From Candidatus Brocadiales bacterium (GTDB taxonomy: Bacteria; Planctomycetota; Brocadiia; Brocadiales; Bathyanammoxibiaceae): DNA of 64,000 nucleotides. The notes below the pieces were generated by a model. The model searched no databases, had not been told where the DNA came from, and saw nothing but the letters and a program-made list of their open reading frames with translations. Shown piece after piece: positions 1 through 7,671 of the stretch; within the stretch, counting starts at the first letter, position 1; each line of letters begins with the position of its first letter. The position numbers and the translations under genes were made by a program. The stretch spans positions 7,443-71,442 of the forward strand of contig JBHIBD010000001.1 in assembly GCA_046758865.1 (NCBI GenBank), in the 5' to 3' direction.

Positions 1-174
1 CTTAACCTCAAAATCAGGCTTTAAACCGTGTTTCACCTTGTATTCCTGCAAGCGACCAGAAATCTCACGGCGTTTATCTAAAGGACACCATACTGCCCCC
101 AAGACCATTACCTTTTGTCGGTCATTCTCCAGGTGGCAGGATTCATCACAATAAATATTATAAATCTCGCTCAT
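1..174 (-). CDS. DUF3800-like protein, 5' end only (gene continues past the left window edge)
   Basis: Manual minus-strand translation from the ATG at 174..172 stays open to position 1: MSEIYNIYCDESCHLENDRQKVMVLGAVWCPLDKRREISGRLQEYKVKHGLKPDFEVK. The N-terminal IYxDES..H...LG pattern matches my memory of DUF3800 proteins. It is missing from the ORF track because it is open-ended and short. Confidence 0.45.
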   Translation of the reverse strand, partial: MSEIYNIYCDESCHLENDRQKVMVLGAVWCPLDKRREISGRLQEYKVKHGLKPDFEVK

Positions 175-340
175 TCCGTAAACTCTTTAGAAAGAAATTA
201 GGTCTGAATTTCGGATACTGTCTTAGAACACCTTCTAACGTATAGTGTAAAACCCATTTTTTAACCCCCCCTGCCTAAAGCATGCTTTTTGTATCGAGAC
301 TCCTGAGAAAACAAAAAAGAGACACATACCACATAAGCGC

Positions 341-368
341 TTGACATGGGGAAGGCATTTGGTAGTAT
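341..368 (+). promoter_or_regulatory. candidate sigma70-like promoter (TTGACA, 16-nt spacer, TAGTAT)
   Basis: TTGACA at 341..346 and TAGTAT at 363..368 lie in the non-coding gap between the DUF3800-like gene and the integrase 3' end. This is a sequence match only. Confidence 0.3.
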
Positions 369-415
369 ATGACAGAGTTATGCCTGAAAAGACATAGCGA
401 CTACCATCTTACCCT

Positions 416-458
416 GGCTGGGGAGACAAAGGGCCTTCGGGCAACCGTCTCCCTGGCC
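416..458 (+). other. long RNA hairpin enclosing a UUCG-tetraloop mini-hairpin
   Basis: GGCTGGGGAGAC (416..427) pairs with GTCTCCCTGGCC (447..458), giving 12 bp with two G-U pairs. Inside it, GCC-TTCG-GGC (433..442) forms a second hairpin. No U-tract follows on either strand. Confidence 0.5.
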
Positions 459-497
459 ATCCCCTTACTTCTTATGCGGCATTATATTCCTTTCATC

Positions 498-1088
498 TCA
501 AAAAGCAATGGCCTCATAAAATGACCTTGTGTCTTTAGCAAGTACCTGGCAGTATATCATGGTCCTGGCAATAGAGCTGTGGCCTAGCCATTTCTTGAGG
601 ACCGGTAGCGGGACCTGGTTCAAGACACAGTGTACAGCAAAACTATGTCTGAGTGTGTGCGGGTGTGCCCTGGCCTTGTCTATCCCTGCCTTATAGCAAG
701 CCTCACGTATGACCTGGAAGGCCCTCTGCCTGGTAATGGGGAATAGCCTAGCCTTACCCCTCAGGCCTTCCTGGGCAATGTAGGTCCCGAGGAGACCTGT
801 AAGGTGGCCGTTGATAGGTATTACCCTTATCTCCGGCCTCTGCTTCTTGAGGCTCTTGATCCTGATTACCTTACCGTAAAAATCCACGCCCTTGACCTCC
901 AGGGCCAGGGCCTCAGAAACCCTAATTCCTGTCTGCCACAACAGGGACAGAAGGAGCTTGTCTCTACCTTCCACCTGGGCCAATATCCTATCTACCTCAT
1001 CCCTGGTGAAGTAGGCCGGTAGTTCACCGTCACCCAGGGCTATGATGTCTCTATCCCTGGGCACCCTCACTACAGCATTTTTGCTCAT
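498..1088 (-). CDS. tyrosine recombinase / phage-type integrase (short, 196 aa)
   Basis: The catalytic signature is readable: TGIRVSEALAL (Arg), HPHTLRHSFA (H-x-x-R) and LGHSSIARTMIYCQV (His plus nucleophile Tyr). There is no long N-terminal arm-binding domain. Confidence 0.85.
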   Translation of the reverse strand: MSKNAVVRVPRDRDIIALGDGELPAYFTRDEVDRILAQVEGRDKLLLSLLWQTGIRVSEALALEVKGVDFYGKVIRIKSLKKQRPEIRVIPINGHLTGLLGTYIAQEGLRGKARLFPITRQRAFQVIREACYKAGIDKARAHPHTLRHSFAVHCVLNQVPLPVLKKWLGHSSIARTMIYCQVLAKDTRSFYEAIAF

Positions 1089-1216
1089 GGTTCCTACCCT
1101 CCCCTCTTTTACCTTACGCCTAAGCGTAATGTTAAATTTCCAGGCTTAGGTTAGGCCCTGAGATAAGGATTTACAGCTTACCCCAGGGTCTAGATTTGAC
1201 AAAATGTCTCCTTTTG

Positions 1217-1444
1217 TTAAGCATCCCAACGGGTGATTATCCACTCTAAGCCTTCATGGGCGGTAAAAAGGTGTGTAAGTCCCTCCTCGCATTTTTTCAG
1301 GTTGTGCGGCTGCCCCATCAGCTGGTCAAGGTATTTTATTGCCTTAGCAAGGGCCATTTCGATGAGGTTGAGAACGGCTAAATCTTCACCTATTACTTTT
1401 ACTGGGAATTCTTCTTCCTTCTTTTTCTTCTTCTGTTTCGCCAT
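1217..1444 (-). CDS. hypothetical small protein (75 aa, Lys-rich N-terminus)
   Basis: The ORF is on the same strand as its neighbours and tightly packed with them. It starts MAKQKKKKKEEE. I recognise no family. Confidence 0.35.
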   Translation of the reverse strand: MAKQKKKKKEEEFPVKVIGEDLAVLNLIEMALAKAIKYLDQLMGQPHNLKKCEEGLTHLFTAHEGLEWIITRWDA

Positions 1445-1465
1445 TGTAACCTCTCCTGTTAAAGG

Positions 1466-1756
1466 TTAAACCGTTGCCTTTTCTTCTTGCTCTAAATACT
1501 CAACACTACCAAAACGTGTGCGAATCTTATCAAGACTCCAAGGATGCCTTGACTTTTTCCTATACCTTCCGTTGTGATAGTACCAAGCAGATTTTTTCTT
1601 GGACCACTTAAATCCTAAAGCTTTTAATTCAGCTTTAATGGGGAAAGTCTCACCGGTGATCCACAACCAACTACCGCATAACTCAACGTGAATACTCGGT
1701 AGTTTAGTTACTAAGGGGATTAATTCTTGTAGGTCTCTTTTGACAGCTTTTTTCAT
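1466..1756 (-). CDS. hypothetical basic protein (96 aa)
   Basis: The motif CGSWLWITGETFPIKAELKALGFKWSKKKSAWYY resembles a small domain I associate with phage/plasmid proteins but cannot name. Confidence 0.45.
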   Translation of the reverse strand: MKKAVKRDLQELIPLVTKLPSIHVELCGSWLWITGETFPIKAELKALGFKWSKKKSAWYYHNGRYRKKSRHPWSLDKIRTRFGSVEYLEQEEKATV

Positions 1757-1857
1757 AGCCCTTGGCCTCTCTCTTTTGCTAAGTAAGAGAGATAGTCCAG
1801 GGGGTATACCACTTTTCAGCTTCCAAAGCCCGGACTACCCCTCTGTACCTTAGAGTT

Positions 1858-2178
1858 TTAAGTTATCTCTAATTTTTTGTAGACGGTAGGCTCAACGTCT
1901 GCCATGAGTCTATCAGTAGCAGCCCAGCCTACATGACGGATAAAGGCATCCTTCCACCTTACTATCCGCTTTGTAATAACCTTGACGGTGGCCGTCCTTT
2001 GTCCGTTGGCTATTCGGTAGCCGTCCTCGATGGACTTGACAACCTGGTCCTCGGCTGCCCTGAGTACAGCCTTTTCACTCGATAGGGCCTTCTCGAGCTC
2101 TACTACCTTTTGGCGTTGATTAAGGATACTGATGAGGACGGACTGTGATACTTCGTAGTTCTTCGTGAGGATTACCAT
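1858..2178 (-). CDS. hypothetical protein (106 aa)
   Basis: This is the only long ORF here, co-oriented with the element genes and helical or coiled in its N-terminal half. I recognise no family. Confidence 0.45.
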   Translation of the reverse strand: MVILTKNYEVSQSVLISILNQRQKVVELEKALSSEKAVLRAAEDQVVKSIEDGYRIANGQRTATVKVITKRIVRWKDAFIRHVGWAATDRLMADVEPTVYKKLEIT

Positions 2179-2308
2179 TTTGACTTGCCTTTCTAGGACA
2201 CAAACTTATACTGAGGATTAGGTGGTCTTGCGGGTTGCGTCCTCGTGACCGCAGGCCACTTAGGGGTGTTGGGTAGCCTTATACTACCTATCACCCCGCC
2301 TTTACTTC

Positions 2309-2494
2309 CTACTTCTTACAGACTTCCTGCCAGAGCTTGTCTAGAGCCTCTTTTACTATCTGCCCTATTTTAACCTTCTTGCCCTGGCGCAAGTAAGCCA
2401 GCTTGATTTCTTCCAGCTTAATAACTGCCTCTTGCTCAATGTTTATCCCTAGTTTCACCTTCTCCACCTTCCTTGTGGCCTTCTTTTCTTTCAT
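2309..2494 (-). CDS. possible ribbon-helix-helix DNA-binding protein (61 aa)
   Basis: KVKLGINIEQEAVIKLEEIKLAYLRQGKKVKIGQIVKEALDKL reads as strand-helix-helix. The protein is basic. This is a fold inference only. Confidence 0.35.
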   Translation of the reverse strand: MKEKKATRKVEKVKLGINIEQEAVIKLEEIKLAYLRQGKKVKIGQIVKEALDKLWQEVCKK

Positions 2495-2889
2495 TCTACT
2501 AAAGAAGATTTTACCACAAGATAATATTATGTCAAGGGGGAAAATAAAGAAATTTCTCTGAGGTCTTGGGAAGGAGTTAAACAGGGTTAGGTACTGCTTT
2601 GAGAATCCATTTTAAGCTCAAAATGAGTCTACAGGGTAGTGGTTTAGGGCACATTGGAGGGGCCAAGCCTACCTAGACCCCTTCCGAGGGATTTGAGGTC
2701 CCTGAAACCCCTATTCTCAGTACCTTTTTGGTCTCTCGGCTGTATCCCCACGTGACCTATCAGATTCGGGTAAAATAGAGGGCCAAAAACGCAGCATGGG
2801 GGCATTTTCAAGGCTGCCAGAAGCTAGGTTCAAACACGGAAATACTCCTAAGGAACTCGTATATACACACTGGCAAGGGTAAAAGGATG

Positions 2890-3354
2890 TTAGGTAGGCT
2901 TAGGGTCGTTATGCTGTGGTGCGTCTGTAGGCTTGGTTTTGTTGTCCTTCATCCAAGATACATTAACGATTATCAATGTCCTGTGCTCACCCTTATTACT
3001 ATCTGAGGACCGAGACGGGAATGCCCCTGTAAATTCTAATATCTGTTTAGCTGCACGTAGTTGAGTGTCTTGGTCGGGAAGCTCTACGCTTTCCCCTAAG
3101 CAGCCTTGATAAGGTGAGAATTTCTTTTGTGTAGCATTCAATAGTTCTTCACTCTTATTAATGGCTTTCCTAGCCAGTTGTCCTAAATCTTTAGTAGTAA
3201 TCCCTGCTGCCTCTAGTATCTTTTCCCTTAAAGTGTCTCCGAAAGGTATTGTAGGAGAGTGTCGCTTCCGTTTAGGCTTTACAGGTGGCTGTGAGCCGAC
3301 TATCTCTGCCTTGTGCACCTTTGTTTTTGGTACGGTAATCTCTTTCGATGACAT
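2890..3354 (-). CDS. hypothetical protein (154 aa)
   Basis: Long ORF with a basic N-terminus (PVKPKRKRH). Its first 83 nt overlap the 3' end of ORF 3272..3598. Confidence 0.45.
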   Translation of the reverse strand: MSSKEITVPKTKVHKAEIVGSQPPVKPKRKRHSPTIPFGDTLREKILEAAGITTKDLGQLARKAINKSEELLNATQKKFSPYQGCLGESVELPDQDTQLRAAKQILEFTGAFPSRSSDSNKGEHRTLIIVNVSWMKDNKTKPTDAPQHNDPKPT

Positions 3355-3598
3355 AATGGCTCCTTATCTTCTTTATCTCAGTGGCAGTAAGTAGCCTGAT
3401 AAGACTCCTGTAATAGGACGTTGACCGTCTGTATCGTGGTGGGAATTCTTCTTTGTGCCTATACAGGTACTTCCTCAGTGCGTCCACAGATACCATGGGA
3501 ATAAGCGCGCAAGCCGTCTTGAGGTCAAACAACGGCTCTGGCATTAGGCATGTCTGGCATGTTCTATTGTCCATATCTGTAGAGTCCTTCACTGCCAT
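3272..3598 (-). CDS. excisionase/AlpA-like HTH protein candidate (108 aa)
   Basis: LFDLKTACALIPMVSVDALRKYLYRHKEEFP looks like an Xis/MerR-type helix-turn-helix. The gene lies directly next to the iteron block and the tRNA. The 3' end is uncertain because of the 83-nt overlap. Confidence 0.4.
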   Translation of the reverse strand: MAVKDSTDMDNRTCQTCLMPEPLFDLKTACALIPMVSVDALRKYLYRHKEEFPPRYRRSTSYYRSLIRLLTATEIKKIRSHYVIERDYRTKNKGAQGRDSRLTATCKA

Positions 3599-3652
3599 TT
3601 TTATGCTACACCTGTATGCAGTCTCGATGTTACATTCCTACCGCTTAAAGGC

Positions 3653-3696
3653 TGGGCCTAAATTGGGACTATAGTGGGCCCAAAATGGGCCTTTTT
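3653..3696. repeat. four tandem 11-bp iteron-like repeats (TGGGMC core)
   Basis: TGGGCCTAAAT TGGGACTATAG TGGGCCCAAAA TGGGCCTTTTT begin at 3653, 3664, 3675 and 3686. The period is exactly 11 bp. Confidence 0.8.
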
Positions 3697-3751
3697 CAGT
3701 GTCCCCTTCTGTCCGCACCTGCCTTATTTATCCCTATTTGGCAATCACCTT

Positions 3752-3791
3752 AAAACAATAAAAGCCCTGGACTTAAGTCGTAAGTCCAAGG
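3752..3791 (-). terminator. rho-independent terminator downstream of the tRNA-Lys/tRNA-Glu pair
   Basis: The minus strand reads CCTTGGACTTA-cgact-TAAGTCCAGGG (one mismatch) followed by CTTTTATTGTTTT, immediately 3' of tRNA-Glu. Confidence 0.6.
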
Positions 3792-3801
3792 CTCTTAATG
3801 G

Positions 3802-3879
3802 TGGTGACCCCTACGGGATTCGAACCCGTGCTCTCAGATCGAAAATCTGATGTCCTAGACCGGACTAGACGAAGGGGCC
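3802..3879 (-). tRNA. tRNA-Glu(UUC): tRNA-Glu (anticodon UUC), CCA encoded
   Basis: The reverse complement folds by hand into a cloverleaf: acceptor GGCCCCT/AGGGGTC, anticodon stem TCAGA/TCTGA with loop TTTTCGA, T arm ACGGG-TTCGAAT-CCCGT, then ACCA. Confidence 0.9.
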
Positions 3880-3905
3880 AATTTGAGTCGGGTCTACAAT
3901 AGCAG

Positions 3906-3978
3906 TGAGGGCAGGAGGGATCGAACCTCCGACCTACGGCTTAAAAGGCCGTTGCTCTACCAACTGAGCTATGCCCCC
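3906..3978 (-). tRNA. tRNA-Lys(UUU): tRNA-Lys (anticodon UUU), CCA not encoded
   Basis: The reverse complement is GGGGGCATAGCTCAGTTGGTAGAGCAACGGCCTTTTAAGCCGTAGGTCGGAGGTTCGATCCCTCCTGCCCTCA. Anticodon stem is ACGGC/GCCGT with loop CTTTTAA, and the T arm is GGAGG-TTCGATC-CCTCC. Confidence 0.9.
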
Positions 3979-4051
3979 CTAATCAACTTAAGGCTTTAAT
4001 ATTTAGTCGCTTAGCATTATCGGGTTTTTCATGTACTCTCCCAGAAATCTT

Positions 4052-4339
4052 TCAGGTGGGCAAAAAGTGGGCGCTCCCACTCTTGCCCTGACCTGCAGTA
4101 ATAAAGCCATTTATACAGTCAACATTTTCCCAGGTCAAGTCCAGATTCTCTCTCAGGTGCATGTCTGTGTTGAGGGTAGTAAGGACTATGCCGTATGATG
4201 GGTCTTTACATTGGGCAAGGAGCCTTTTTCTCTCCTCTTCGCACAAAATCCGCTCTTTATGGGGTTCTTCTTTAAAGAATCTTGGGTAATCTAGACAAAA
4301 GAACAGCCCACAGACAATGATACCTGCGAATGGTGCCAT
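4052..4339 (-). pseudogene. truncated tyrosine-recombinase fragment
   Basis: ERILCEEERKRLLAQCKDPSYGIVLTTLNTDMHLRENLDLTWENVDCINGFITAGQGKSGSAHFLPT matches the integrase region around the first catalytic Arg (L.TG.R..E...L.W.DVD). The ORF then stops, so the His-x-x-Arg and Tyr regions are absent. Confidence 0.6.
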
Positions 4340-4414
4340 CAGATGGCTCCAAATGAATTCTTCGGGGTGGCATTTACCGACAAGAATGCTTCAAACGCTG
4401 GGGAGAAACAAGGG

Positions 4415-5050
4415 CTACAGCTTCTTCTCTCTGCTTTCCCATTTGCCCTTAAAAGTTATCCAGAAGGAAAGGAGGATCAATTTCAAATCGAGCAAGAACG
4501 ATTGTTTTTTAACATACAATAAGTCGTACCGAAACTTCTTCTGTCTGGGTGCGTCAGCAGGGATATAAATCTGGGCAATCCCTGTTAGTCCTGGCTGTAC
4601 ACGCACCCTTTCCTTATATCCAGGAATCGATTGGATGCTTAGATTTTGGGGGTTGCCCGCACTAACCTCAAGTTCCTCTGGCCTCAGGGCCCTGGGGCCA
4701 ACAAAGCTCATGTCCCCAATGAGGATATTCCAAAGTTGAGGGAGTTCATCCATAGCTGTAGCCCTTAAGAGTCTCCCAACTCTAGTGACTCGTGGGTCAT
4801 TTTCTTGCGCCTGAACTGGTCCTGCGTCTTTTTCTGCATTAGGAATCATAGAACGGAACTTGTAGACCTTGAAAATTTTGCCGTCTTTGCCTACCCTCTC
4901 TTGAAGATAGAAGACAGGCCCTCCGTCTGTCAGTTTTATAACTAAAGAAAACAGGGACCAAAGCGGTAAAGACCCGATAAGACCTGTAAAAGATAGAAGA
5001 ATGTCGAAGGACCTTTTTAAAAAAGGTTGTTTTTCTTCGTAAACAGGCAT
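4415..5050 (-). CDS. small monotopic phosphoglycosyl transferase (Bac_transf family, PglC/WbaP C-terminal type), initiating enzyme
   Basis: One N-terminal hydrophobic helix, then KFRSM...DELPQLWNILIGDMSFVGPRALRPEE and DLLYVKKQSFLLDLKLIL, which are hallmarks of bacterial sugar transferases. Confidence 0.9.
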   Translation of the reverse strand: MPVYEEKQPFLKRSFDILLSFTGLIGSLPLWSLFSLVIKLTDGGPVFYLQERVGKDGKIFKVYKFRSMIPNAEKDAGPVQAQENDPRVTRVGRLLRATAMDELPQLWNILIGDMSFVGPRALRPEELEVSAGNPQNLSIQSIPGYKERVRVQPGLTGIAQIYIPADAPRQKKFRYDLLYVKKQSFLLDLKLILLSFWITFKGKWESREKKL

Positions 5051-5198
5051 GGATGGTGTCTACGCGTTCAGTCTTCGGATTTTAGTTTCTCAGAAGCCTC
5101 AACCTGCGGGCGGCGCTTTATTTGCAGTTCATAATAGCAATATGTACTTAGCAAGAAACCTAAATGTGAGTAATTTCTGCGTGAGATGGTGTATTCGT

Positions 5199-6404
5199 TC
5201 AGATGAACTTATATGTCATATTGTCTTTCAGTATCACATGTTCATAAATCTGGTTGTGTGGTTGGTAAGTACAGCGGGGGCATTCCTGCTCAACCTTTAT
5301 GCTATTGAACATTTCCCAGTGTTTCTTGCTTCCCCAGAGCTTCTCAATTTCACAGGCAGAAACAATGTTTCTTGCTAATTCTAGCTTAGCATCGCCCCTT
5401 CTATCGCAACAAAGCCCAAAGGTAAAGGCATCTTTATCCTGGGATTCAGCCGTCCTGGGCATGAAGACCGCCGACATAAAAACAGCATAGCAGTTTGCAA
5501 AGTAATTCGCTGGGTTGAGCTTTTCATCAAACTTATGGGTTACACCATATATGGAAAAATTCTCGTCCTCTAACTCCCTTGCCATCTGCATCTGCTCAAC
5601 AAATATCTCTAAATCTTCTGAGGCAAAATTAACAAGCTCAGAACCCAACTTGTTCCACGGATTCGAGGCTGGCCTCAAATGGAAACCCCGACAACCGACA
5701 CTTTTCGCCAGCCTTGCAGCCTCATAGATTTCTCTAACATTCTCCGGGTGCAATAGATACTTATAGCTTACACCGTAACCCAGCCCTTCACTCGCCAGTA
5801 ATGTCTTATGGCGTTTTGAATAATTTACAAGACGAACTATATTATTGATTATCCTACTAAAGATATCTTCGGAAGCTACGCGCTTTAGCTTTTTAAAGGT
5901 CTCTGCCCTCCCGGCGTCTACGGAAACCCCAACCCACGTACATTTAGAGAGACTCTCAACAAATGAACCTATTAGTGTGCCATTGGTTACGACCCCCACC
6001 TCAATCCTATTAGAGGTGCACTTCTCAATAAAAAATCCTGTCTCTTTATTTAATAAAGGCTCTCCTCCACCTGCAATACACACAGCCTCAACTCCAGGTT
6101 CCCAAGTAGCACAGCCCCGCCATTTGGGAAGAAAGTCGGCAATCTCGCCAAGGGCCTTGTTGGACAACGCACGATTTCTTGTATCTAGAATAAACTCTGA
6201 GTTACACCATACACACCGGTTGTTGCATACGTTGATTGGGTCCACTGTCACCAGTGCCGGTTGCGGCACCCTTTTAAAGGGTCGAACCTTTCTCCAGCGG
6301 TACACCTGGGCAAGCAATTTATAACTGTTAAAAGGATTCCACCTCTTTGATGCTGCCCATTCCCGATGCTTCAGGGATTGTTGAGTCTCTTCGAGTATAT
6401 CCAT
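5199..6404 (-). CDS. radical SAM enzyme (non-B12, 401 aa), distant paralog of 47884..48951 and 52022..53107
   Basis: CX3CX2C motif in VDPINVCNNRCVWCNS. The glycine-rich IAGGGEPLL matches GEGEPLL/GEAEPLL in the other two. The C-terminus is Cys-containing (ECPRCTYQPHN). Confidence 0.8.
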   Translation of the reverse strand: MDILEETQQSLKHREWAASKRWNPFNSYKLLAQVYRWRKVRPFKRVPQPALVTVDPINVCNNRCVWCNSEFILDTRNRALSNKALGEIADFLPKWRGCATWEPGVEAVCIAGGGEPLLNKETGFFIEKCTSNRIEVGVVTNGTLIGSFVESLSKCTWVGVSVDAGRAETFKKLKRVASEDIFSRIINNIVRLVNYSKRHKTLLASEGLGYGVSYKYLLHPENVREIYEAARLAKSVGCRGFHLRPASNPWNKLGSELVNFASEDLEIFVEQMQMARELEDENFSIYGVTHKFDEKLNPANYFANCYAVFMSAVFMPRTAESQDKDAFTFGLCCDRRGDAKLELARNIVSACEIEKLWGSKKHWEMFNSIKVEQECPRCTYQPHNQIYEHVILKDNMTYKFI

Positions 6405-6444
6405 CTATTGCACCAGTAAATATGTACCTATTGTCTCGCTATTT

Positions 6445-7671
6445 TTAGCTAGACACCACTTCCTGGAACACTTCATTATACTTCTTCAAGGCATGGTCTT
6501 TCGTAAAGTTTTCTTCAAAACACCTTCGAGCGTTTTTCTTAAGAGTCTCCAACAGGTCCTTGTCTTTTTGTAACCGATTAATCGACTCTACAACTCCCCG
6601 TGTATCTCCCTGGTCTACTCTGAATCCACAAGAATAGGTCTTTATAATCTCGGCTATTTCGGAATTTTCACCCACAATCCCAAGGATGGCCTGACCTGCG
6701 GCCAGAGAGCTGTAAAGTTTACCGGGTACAAGCAAACCCTCTGTCCCCCTTTCCATCGTTATTACGGAGACATCACCGCAGGTCAAAGAAAAAGGGGTGT
6801 TTTCCCTGGGTTGATATGGGAGAAACAGTACGTTATCAATGTCATGTTGTTTTACAACATTTACTAATTGATGTTTTTTTGCGCCATCCCCTATAAATAC
6901 AAATCTGATGTCTTTCGAATGTCTTAACTCCCGTGCTGCCACTATAATCGTCTCCAGGTCATGTACTACCCCCATATTCCCGGAGTAGAGTACCACCGTC
7001 TTATCAACTAGGGCATACCTATTGCAAAACCAGTTTCTCTCCTTTTCCCTGGGGGTTATAAGGTCACCGTCTGCCCAGTTATGTATTACTGTGATACTCC
7101 CATTCCTGCCAGTCTCCCACTTCCTCTGCACCGTCTTTTTCATATGGTCTCCCAGCGTTATGACGTGCGTGGCGCCCCCGCAAATGAGGGCGTTTACCCA
7201 CTCCCACAGTCTCACAATGGGACTGTTAGGGCGCAGATAACCCACCTTCGTTGCCACATCCGGGTATATATCCTGGATCAGCAAGACATACCTCTGTCCC
7301 CGAAGTTTTTTAAGCATCCATCCGACAAGACCTAAAAAGGGTGGGTCCGTGCCAATAAACAATAACCCTTCCGCTTTTTTCCGGAACAGGAGATGAAAAA
7401 CTGCTGAGATAAAAAAGGTAAATGCATTAAATATCCTGCCCAGACGGACATTTTTATTTAGCTGTGTCTTAAATACGCGGTATATAATGACCCCCTGATA
7501 AACCTCTCTTCTGGGCATGCGTTTCCTGCCCAGATAGCTCGGCCGGCCAGTATACACGGTCACCTCCCAACCAAGGCGCCTTAGATTAATGGCCAAATCG
7601 GTCAGTTGCTGGGCTGAACCTGCCAGCTCAGGGTAAAAATATTGGTGAACTATGCAAAGCTTTCTCACCAT
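6445..7671 (-). CDS. glycosyltransferase family 4 (WcaI/WbuB-like)
   Basis: The N-terminus KLCIVHQYFYPELAGSAQQLTDLAINLRRLGWEVTVYT and C-terminal EGLLVPGKLYSSLAAGQAIL fit the GT-B/GT4 pattern. The first 44 nt overlap the upstream dehydrogenase. Confidence 0.8.
   Translation of the reverse strand: MVRKLCIVHQYFYPELAGSAQQLTDLAINLRRLGWEVTVYTGRPSYLGRKRMPRREVYQGVIIYRVFKTQLNKNVRLGRIFNAFTFFISAVFHLLFRKKAEGLLFIGTDPPFLGLVGWMLKKLRGQRYVLLIQDIYPDVATKVGYLRPNSPIVRLWEWVNALICGGATHVITLGDHMKKTVQRKWETGRNGSITVIHNWADGDLITPREKERNWFCNRYALVDKTVVLYSGNMGVVHDLETIIVAARELRHSKDIRFVFIGDGAKKHQLVNVVKQHDIDNVLFLPYQPRENTPFSLTCGDVSVITMERGTEGLLVPGKLYSSLAAGQAILGIVGENSEIAEIIKTYSCGFRVDQGDTRGVVESINRLQKDKDLLETLKKNARRCFEENFTKDHALKKYNEVFQEVVSS

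Larger units (their letters stand above)
498..3696 (-). mobile_element. small integrative-element-like module (integrase through Xis-like gene and iterons) next to a tRNA pair
   Basis: A tyrosine recombinase sits at one end. An excisionase-like HTH gene plus four phased 11-bp repeats sit at the end facing the tRNA-Glu 3' end. Only small same-strand ORFs lie in between. The att boundaries were not identified. Confidence 0.4.

Noticed and set aside
175-497. Search for att-type direct repeats shared between this region and 3599..3800 (or copies of the tRNA-Glu 3' end).
   Set aside because: By eye, only 7-nt chance matches (CCTGCCT, TCCCCTT) turned up. The element boundaries therefore remain undefined and need computational alignment.
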